Positions 55,425-64,000 of a DNA stretch of 64,000 bases are shown piece after piece (the stretch's first letter is position 1; each line of letters starts with the position of its first letter). The position numbers and the translations under genes were made by a program. The notes beneath the pieces are model-generated. The model was not told the origin of the DNA, did no database searches, and was given only the letters and a program-made list of their open reading frames with translations. The stretch is from positions 39,620,001 through 39,684,000 of the forward strand of contig CM052816.1 of assembly GCA_028534125.1 (NCBI GenBank), read 5' to 3'. The DNA is from Lama glama. Lineage: Eukaryota.

Positions 55425-56467
55425 TCATCTAGAAAAGAAAAAATTTGTGTTTAAAAATGTTTCACTGCACAAAAAGTTATCCTTTAAACCCACATTATCT
55501 GGGAGCTTATTTCTAAGAACACTCCAACAAGGAGACAAAGGAGAGAATTTCCCAGGAAACAGAACCAAACAATGTGGGCTGGTGCTCTTGAATGCAGTAT
55601 AGTTTTTTAAAATATCTGACAGATGAATATTACTCGCTAAGAGATTGATACAAAACCAAATGTGTATAAATTCTATGATAGGATGCAAAGGATCCTCAAA
55701 ATTTAAAGATAAACCTGAAGATCTCAGGGACTACTTAGGACTGTGAAAGGACGTTTGGATGATGTATACAGAAGCCCCAGGGATACTCAATCTAATTTTT
55801 CTCCCTTTTTAGGAGTAATTTCCTGGGAAATCTAAAGAAAGACTGGTTTGTCAAAATACACCTGAATTTCAGCAGGATGCTTCAGAGTCTCTCCTGATTT
55901 TTTTAAAAATTGGTTAATTAGTAGTGAGATTCCCATTAAAGAAGTTATTTATATAGAGAAACTGGACCTCCAACTGGCAGAGATATCACAGCAAGAAATA
56001 AGTAGATCTGCAGTTGAACTCAATCAGATTTGAATTTCTAACATTCATGACACTAGGTGGTCATGTTGTTTGTCTCTTTGTTTACTCAGAGACTTTGAAC
56101 TTGTACATGCACTTTTCATAACTTTTACTGTTTTTTCGTTGTTCTTTAATTGGAAGAAAGTGTTATTTTTTAGATCAGAATTCCACTCTTTCAGAGTTTA
56201 GCATGAGTAAACAATCCTTCATGATGCCTCCTGTTTTTAAAAATGTTGATTTGTCTTTGACATTTCATGTATATAATTTCTCTTAAGTGTTACCATTTCA
56301 GAAACAAAAATTTTGAGATTTCAAAAATAGCAGATTTCTACATTTCCCAAAAACTATAAATTTTTTATTATTTGTAACATTAGATGTGACTATATTAAGA
56401 AATTTTTCCCTAATGTATTTTGTGGGCATAGAGATGGCAGTTATTTTTCTTTTCCTACACATAAATC
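55425..56467 (-). pseudogene. Candidate large decayed exon; starts (G)FMCRKRKITAISMPTKYIREKFLNIV; 3' boundary uncertain
   Basis: Weak acceptor (tctaat...ttgaaag) 152 nt after the previous donor. ORF-track fragments 56298-56543 and 55425-55688 lie in it. A strong donor exists further on at about 54858 (ctga|gtaagt). Confidence 0.35.
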
Positions 56468-56619
56468 CTTTCAAATATATTAGATGGTAGATCAAAGAAA
56501 GGTATGTATTTGTAATTATAAAATAAACTGCTATGCAGAACAAGAAATAAAATTGCTAATACTCAAAGCCATTTGTCACAGTGTATAATAATGTGAATGT
56601 GTACCATTTGTGCTCTCAC

Positions 56620-56762
56620 CTAAGGCAAATCGCTGAGCACAGTGTGGAAAAAAGCTTGGTTTAAAGGCTAAGCTGTGTACTTTATGACTGGTTGAAAATT
56701 GGTCATCAAAGACGCAATTGTCATTTAACAAATGTTTAAAAATACGAGAATAAGCTGAAAAC
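56620..56762 (-). pseudogene. Candidate exon remnant (143 nt, phase 2>1), FSAYSRIFKHLLNDNCVFDDQFSTSHKVHSLAFKPSFFPHCAQRFAL
   Basis: ttctaccctag| acceptor, ttag|gtgaga donor, 47 open codons. Phase matches the next exon starting at 56467. Confidence 0.55.
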
Positions 56763-56879
56763 CTAGGGTAGAAGCATAGACTGTTCGTAATGCTTGCAGA
56801 ACATAGCCTCCTTAAATGCTAGGTCATTTCTGCTTATTAAATCCTTCCTTGGTTAGCTTTCCTGCTGTGTACAACTCAC

Positions 56880-56949
56880 TGTGAAAAGCAGACACTTGCA
56901 ACGCACAGCTGGAGACTGAGTATAACAGGATTTCAGAACCCAAAACATT
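56880..56949 (-). pseudogene. Candidate exon remnant (70 nt)
   Basis: attttag|aatgtt...ttcaca|gtgagt, with a 117-nt intron to the next exon. The frame needed to join the next exon contains a stop. Confidence 0.3.
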
Positions 56950-57486
56950 CTAAAATTTCTTATAATTTCCCCACATGATTACTTAAGAATGCTAAAGCTT
57001 CCATTGTTAACCATTTTATGTATGTGTAGTTTCTGATTAATTATAATACTTGAAATGCTGTTTGAAAAACCTAAGTCATAATAATGATAATATCTGGAAG
57101 GCATAAAAGTTTTTTTTTCCTACCGAGTTTAAAGTGTGGTGGTTGGTTCTTGCTGTAAAGGTAAAATTGGAGAAAATACATCTGTTCATTGTTTAGAAGT
57201 ATGTTACTTGTCACCAGAATTAATTTATATATAATTTAATTTAATATATATTCCAAGATAATGCAGATTATACTAAAACATCATTAGGTTCAATTTTATA
57301 TATTTGTAAAAGAAGGTGGTTGAATTAGATTATCTTTGAGACACTTTTCAATCATAAAATGCAACGATTCTAAAAAGAAATATTTAACATTATTCTCAAA
57401 CACTGAAGTCTCATTATCAGTGCTTTTTTTTTATTGCTTCATCTTTCTTTGTCTTTCTCTCTTGTTCTTTCTTTCTCTGATTACAG

Positions 57487-57546
57487 TATTTTGCTGGAGA
57501 AAAGCACAGAAGTTCTTGCAGGACATTCATATTGGTGAAGCTTACT
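57487..57546 (+). other. Isolated 60-nt exon-like unit on the plus strand
   Basis: About 60-nt polypyrimidine tract then ttacag|, and act|gtaagt donor; product not recognised. Confidence 0.3.
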
Positions 57547-57619
57547 GTAAGTCTTTGAAGTGATGTAGGAACTTTGGACAATACTAAAAATATTTGCAAG
57601 TTCATACAAAAGTATATTT

Positions 57620-60600
57620 AGAGGACTTCTGGTTTCCCATCTAACATGTAAAGAGTTTGGAAGTCATCACTTCTATCCTTACAATTTAAAAAAGCTGGAA
57701 AAACTGAGAAGAGAACTGAAGTCTAAAAGCAAACTACCACCTAAAAATCTGGAGAAAAAGGCACATATACAGACACAGAAACCAAGATCTGCTTATCTAG
57801 ATCAGAAGCTGCTGGAGATACAAATTGGTAAAAATACTTAACGGTAAGTTTGAGGAACTGTTGAAAGCTGAGAATAGATTAACATGAGAGTGAGAAAATC
57901 CTAGCTGTCACAGTTTTAAGGGAACCCCCAACATTTTCCTGGGTTTCCTTCTGGGTACCCCATCAAGTTCTCACTGTGAGTATGCAAGAATCCACAACTC
58001 CATGTGGCTCACAGGAAGATTAGAAGAAACAGACAAGTGCTCTATTATATCCGAATACTTTTTTATCAGTAATGGGTAGAGCAAGCAGGCAGAAAATCAA
58101 TAAAGATATACAAGACTTGAACAGCCCCATCACTCAGCTTAATGTAATTGATGTTTATAGACTGGATCCAACAGCAGAAGAATTCACATTCTTGTCAGGC
58201 TTACAAGAAACATTGACCAAGACAGGCTATATTCTGTACATGAAACACAGTCTAACAAAATTAAAAGACTAAAAAACACACAAAATATATTCTCAGCCCA
58301 AAACAGAATTAAACTAGAAATGAATAGTGGAAAGCTGAAAAATCCCCAAGTAGTTAGACATTAAACAACATGTTTCTAAATAACTACAGTTCAAAGAAGT
58401 CCTGAAAGAAGTTTTAAATATTATGAATTAAATGAATATGAAAATAGAATGTATCAAATGTTTGATACAGCTGAAGTAATGTTTAGAGGAGTATTTATTG
58501 CATTAAATTATATGTTATACAATAAGAAAGACACGAAATTATTAACCTAAGCATCCACCTTAGGAAAATGTAGAAAGATGAGAAATATAAACTTCCTATA
58601 AGAAGAAGAAATAACTTCAAACAAAACTAGAGCAGATATCAACAGATATCAACAAAGTTGAAAACAGCTAAGACAGAGAAAATAACTAAACCCAAAGTCA
58701 TTTCTCTGAAAAGATAAAACTGATAAAGCTTTATCCAGGCTAATCAAGAAAAAAAAGAGAATATGGACTAACAATATCTGAAAGGAAAGAAGGGTCATCA
58801 CTACTGATTACATAGACATTAAAAGGAATAATACAAACAACTCTATATGTAAAAGTTTGTTAATTTAGATGAAATGGACCAATTCTTTGAAAGATATAAA
58901 CTACCAAAACTAATGCAAAGAGAAGTAGGTAAACTGAATAGTCTTGCATCTATTAATAAAATTTAGTCAATAATTAATAATTTTCTAAACAAGAAAGCTC
59001 AGGTCTAAATAGTTCACTGGTAGATACAACCAAAATTTTAAGAATGAAATAAAAATTCCCCAAAATGTTTTCCAGAAGATAGAAGTAGAGGGACTATTCC
59101 CTAACTAACTGTAAGAGGCCAACATTAATATGAAAACCATATAAAGATTTAACAAGAAAATTATAGATCAACATGTCTCATGACAATAATTGCAAAAATA
59201 CTTATTAAATATTAGCAAATCAATTCAGAATATATGGAAGGGAAAACACATGATGATTAATTGGGGTTCATAGAACGATTCAAGGCTGGTTCAACATTCA
59301 AAAATGAGTCATGCATTTTTTCATATTAATAGATGGAATAAGAAAAAAACAGACCATCATATCAATAGATGCAGAAAAAAAATACCTGAAAAATTTAAAA
59401 CCCATTATAATAAAAACATAAAAATCTGGAATAAATGGTATATATGAAAATCTTCCAGTTAACATTATGCCTAATGGTGAAAGACTAAACACTGACTCCC
59501 TGAGATTGTGAAGAAAGTAAGGATGGTCTTTCTAACAAGAAAAAATAAATGAACTGTATACAGATTGGCAAGAAACATATAAAACTGTCTTTATTCAGAG
59601 ATGACATAATTTTCTGTGTAGAAACAATCTACTGAACAAGATAGCTTGACACTAATAAGCAAGGAGAACAACATCACAGGATATAAGGTCTAGACAAAAG
59701 CTAATTGCTTTTATATACATGAGCAATACCAATTTTGCATATAGATGCTTTTTAGAGCTACTACTTAAATAGCACCAAAAAATGAATACTTGAGTATAAA
59801 TCTTACATGTATAGATCTGTATGAATATAACTGTAAGAGAGATGAAGAATCAAATACATCTCAATAAATGGGAGATATTTTGTGTTCATTGATCAGAAGA
59901 CTCAATATTATTAAGATTTCAGTTATTCCCAACCTGATCTATTGCAATTTGATACAATTGCAATCAGAAGCCCAGCAGGCTTTTTTTGTAGCTGTTGACC
60001 TACCTATTCTAAAGTTTACTGGAAAGACAAAGAACATATAATATCTTACAAAATGTTGATGGAGAAGAAGAAGGAGGAGGAGGAAGAAGAGGATGAAGAG
60101 GAGGAGAACAAGTTGAAGGAATCATACTACCTTATGCAGGATTTAGCATAAAACTACAGTAATCAAGACAGTGTGGTACTGATGAAAGAACAGATACACG
60201 GATCAGTGAAACATAATAGTGAGACAAGATAAGACAAATATATACTCAACTGATTTTTAACAAAGGGGCAAAGACATTTCAATAGAGAATGGATAGTTTT
60301 TTCCCATCAAATTATGCTGAAACATATTTTAAAAAATGAACCTAGATGATGACTTTAATGCCTTACACAAAAATTAACTCAAAATGCATCATACACCTAA
60401 ATGTAAGATACAAAACTAAAACTTCTAGGAGAAAATGGAGGGGAAAAACTGTATGACCCTGGTTTTCGTGATGAAATTTTAGGCAAAGAAACATACTATC
60501 CCTGAAAGATAAAAATGACAAGTTGGAATTTGATAAAATTAAAACCCTCTTATTTGTATAAGACATTGTTAAGTGAATAGAAATACAAGCTCCTAAATGG

Positions 60601-63600
60601 GAGGAAATATACGTAAATTCTGTTTGATAAAGGACTTGTATATAAAATATAGAAAAAACACTTAAAACTCAAAAATAAGAAAACAGTTCAATTAAAAATG
60701 GGTAAAAGATATAAACAAACACCTCACCAAAGAAGATATACAGAGGCCAATAAACATATGCAAAGGTGCTCAGCATCATTTGTCATTAGGGAAATGCAAT
60801 TTAGAACAATGAGAAACCCTTAGGCATGTGGTAGAATAGTTGGCTTTAATGAAAAAGCAAACTAATAGCCGGTGAGGATATGGAGCAAGTTTTGTAAGAA
60901 AGTTTCTTGTAAAGCTAAAGGCAGTTTTACCATACAATCTAGCAATCATGCTTCTAGGAATTTATCCAACTTATCTGGTAAATGATGTCACACAAAAATG
61001 CTCTAGGTGAGTGTAATTATAGGACATTTATTAAAAATTGCCCAAATCTGCAAGCAACTAAGATGTCTTTCAATAGGCTGATGCATGAGCAAACTGTGTG
61101 ACATCTGTAGAATGGAATACTTTTCAGTGACAAAATCTGAATTAACAAGACACGCAAAATCATGGATGAATGTTAAATTAACATTGCTACATGAAAGAAG
61201 CCAGTATGCATGATTCCATTTATATGGAATTCTGGAAGAGGCAAAACTAGAGAGATGTTCAACAAATATTGCTTGCCAGGGCCTTAGAGTGGAGGTACGA
61301 ATAGGTAAAGTGAAGGGGATTTTTTATCATGGTGAAAAATATTCTCTATGATACCATCATGCTGAACACGACACGATGCATTTGTCAAAATCAACAGAAG
61401 TTTCCAGCTCAAAGAGTGAATGTCAATATATGCAAATTAGAAATCATATAAAAGATCTGGGGGATTGCAGAAGAGTATGCAGATTATGACAAACAAATGT
61501 AACTGTATCACAAATGCATGAACTAGCCTCACCGGAGGAGCCGGGGAAAAGTGTGCTGACCTAAGGAACACTGAAAATGATTCAAGACTTTAAAGGTAAA
61601 GAGAACTGACTGTACATAAGCACCGTATTTTAATAGTAAAGTTGTTTTCTCTGGGAGCACAAGCTAACAATTACGAAATCATTATCAAATGTATGCCATG
61701 TGTATACTGAAAAACAAGTATACTACAGGTATGCTGGACATAAACAGTTACACACTGTGATAGCAGATGACAGGAGCCAGTTTTCTCACTAATGGAGTGG
61801 GAGGTTACAGACAATAAAGGGGCAAAAACTAGAAGTCACCTGTACAGTGCTGGGTCAGAATGGGAGACCTCAGTCTGGACTCATATTTACTTTAATACAG
61901 ATACAGTGTTTACATACAGAAATATTTACAGATAGGTGAATATAAAAGGATTACATTGCACACATGTATTTCCCTATTCTGTCAGCTAAGAAGGAGTAAA
62001 AGCAATGATACCCCCTAGCAATAACCACCCCAGAGCCGAGATCTTCATTTCTAATACCATTCTCCAATAAAGTGAACCAGGGAGCTTTGCAGGAATGACC
62101 AATTCTACAGCTGCAAAGGAGACTACACAAGATGAGTGTGAAGTATCTTGTAATGCCAAAATTTAAGGAAATGATAAAAAACAAACTAAACAACCAAACC
62201 AAACCAAAAAATAACAACAAAAAACCTGATGTGGTATGTCAAAGGGAGGTAAGAAACAAATGAAAGAGCTCCTAGTGGTCAGTGCTGGAACAATCTGAAC
62301 TTCAAAATAAAGAAATAATGGATTATAAACCAAAGTATAAAATACACATCTATTAGTCAAATTGGTATAAATAAATATTAAGCAAAAAACGTAAATTGAG
62401 GAACAGAGGCCAATCTTCAGTGCAGAATTAAAATAAAATTTAATTAAAATAGGTGAATACTAATTCCTTACTCCTTAACTACAAGCTGTGCTTGAATGAG
62501 TAATTTTACAATGGAGAAATCTCTCAATTAGATGATCAAAGTTAACACCAATAGTGATGTCATATTGATAGTGTAGGTATGTACCTTAGATATGATGTGA
62601 TGAGACTCGCACTGTCACTCTGTGTTCTTCCTCCACAGCCCCAGTGTAATCATGAGAAAGACAATAAATTTCAACTGAGGGACATTCTACAAATGTATAA
62701 ATACATGTACAAGATACAAATGTTACAGCTATTTATTTATACAAGATGTATACATTTATACAACTATTTATTTATATAATACATTCTATCAATAAATGTA
62801 CAAAATAATGAATGTATAGATAGATATACAAAATACCTGACCAGTACCCTCAAGATCGTCAAGAACACCAAAATAAGGGAAGTTAGAGAAATTGTCATAG
62901 TCCAGAGGAGCCTCAGGAGATATTACAACCAAGTGTAATGTGGTGTCCTAGATGGAATCCCGGAGCAGTAAAAAAACATTGTGTAAAAACTAAAGAAATC
63001 TAGAATAAAGGACGGTCTTTAGTTAATAATGCATCAATATCGGCTCCTTAGTTGTGAAAAATGAACCATACCAATTAATGTAAAATGTTAATAATAGAGG
63101 AGACTCTATGGTTATGTGTTATATATGGTGATTCTCTGGTTATGGTTATTCTCAATTTTTCTGTAGATCTAAAATTGCTCTACATTTTCAAAACATTTAT
63201 TTAAATATCTATTCCTATTTCTCCCTTTTAAAAGTATATTGACTCTGGCAGTTATTGTTAATTTACACCCTTTTGGATATTATCATGCTAAAATAATACG
63301 ATCAAGAGTTGAAAAAGTGTGTTACATCTATAACATGGAATTCTACCCGGCAGTAAAAAGGAACAAACTGTCATACACACACAAACCATATGAATCACTA
63401 GGTCATTATGCTGAGTGAAATGGAGAATAGAGGGGTGGTTGCCATGCATCATGGAAAGGTGTGCGCAGGGATCCTTGTGGTCATAGAATTGTAAATGCAT
63501 TAATATCCATTTTCTGGTTGTGAAATTGTACTACAGATTTGCAAAATGTTTGGTTAGATGTTAGGTACACAGGATCTCTCTGTATTTTCACAACTGCATG

Positions 63601-63640
63601 TGGATCCACAATTAATCTCAAAAAGTTACTTAAAAAAAAG
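57620..63640 (+). mobile_element. Old L1M element(s): 5' end, ORF1 missing, decayed ORF2, long L1MC-like 3' UTR, plus a further L1 3' end at ~63320-63640
   Basis: ORF 58072-58272 SRQKINKDIQDLNSPITQLNVIDVYR matches the ORF2p endonuclease end; actacagtaatcaagacagtgtggtactg and other ORF2 landmarks follow. Confidence 0.9.
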
Positions 63641-64000
63641 TCTCTAAATGTTGAAAACAAACTAAAGCTAATGAACTTAACTGAATTAGGAGTCAGTGGC
63701 ATAATCACTAAAAGAGTCATTCCAAGAAGACTTAGAACAGCACTTTGCTCCTGTGGGGTACAGGTAGATGTGCAAGCGAGAAGAGAATTCTCTGGTTGCT
63801 TCTACTTCCTCTGTGAAACAGAAAGCACGGAGATCAGCGGAGGATGGGGGCCAGGGTTAACGTACTGGAGCTGAATTGGGAGAGTGTCATGGAAATGAGA
63901 CGAGATTACTGGACATCCTTAGGGTCACATTTGAGGTTACAGGGAGTGTACTTAAAGTGAGACAAAGTTCGCAGTTGTGTGTTTTTCTCAAGCAAGGATC

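Larger units (their letters stand above)
7155..56949 (-). pseudogene. Candidate unitary (unprocessed) pseudogene of an unidentified large protein, about 19 exon remnants; may extend beyond these limits
   Basis: Series of minus-strand polypyrimidine-AG...GT(A/G)AG units with short introns in places. Runs are phase-compatible (43146>41647>33533; 31537>31126; 29224>20537) and stop-poor, but there are in-frame stops, one dead acceptor and an exonic LTR. Read manually with no homology search. Confidence 0.7.

Noticed and set aside
7155..56949. Naming the decayed gene TEX15, TASOR, ARHGAP20 or a known PARP
   Set aside because: Only architectural or motif-level resemblance; I recognise no sequence identity.
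60060..60106. Poly-Glu coding stretch
   Set aside because: GAG/GAA microsatellite expansion inside decayed L1 ORF2.
1..64000. Treating six-frame ORFs as standalone genes, or any prokaryotic/CRISPR system
   Set aside because: The DNA is mammalian. All ORFs are 131 aa or shorter and are mostly repeat-derived or chance, and no repeat-spacer array is visible.

Overview
AT-rich mammalian DNA, most likely camelid: two tRNA-derived Vic-1-like SINEs and several matching young L1 3' ends. There is no intact protein-coding gene, RNA gene or prokaryotic feature. A large part of the window is interspersed repeat (L1, MaLR, ERV LTRs, MER20, L2/MIR, SINEs). The main signal, read by eye, is a decayed multi-exon gene on the minus strand spanning about 57.0 kb to 7.2 kb, with about 19 candidate exons. 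Six consecutive exons (29224 to 21504) splice with matching phases into 241 codons with only 3 stops. Other lesions are an AG>AA acceptor change and an ERV LTR inserted inside an exon. The spliced core shows motif spacing reminiscent of a divergent PARP-like ADP-ribosyltransferase fold, preceded by a possible ubiquitin-like/RA module and followed by a ~2 kb low-complexity exon. I do not recognise the gene, and the domain calls are unverified inference. Secondary findings are an L1 3' transduction, a twin-primed L1, an atypical solo LTR, nested insertions and a candidate plus-strand TATA promoter.
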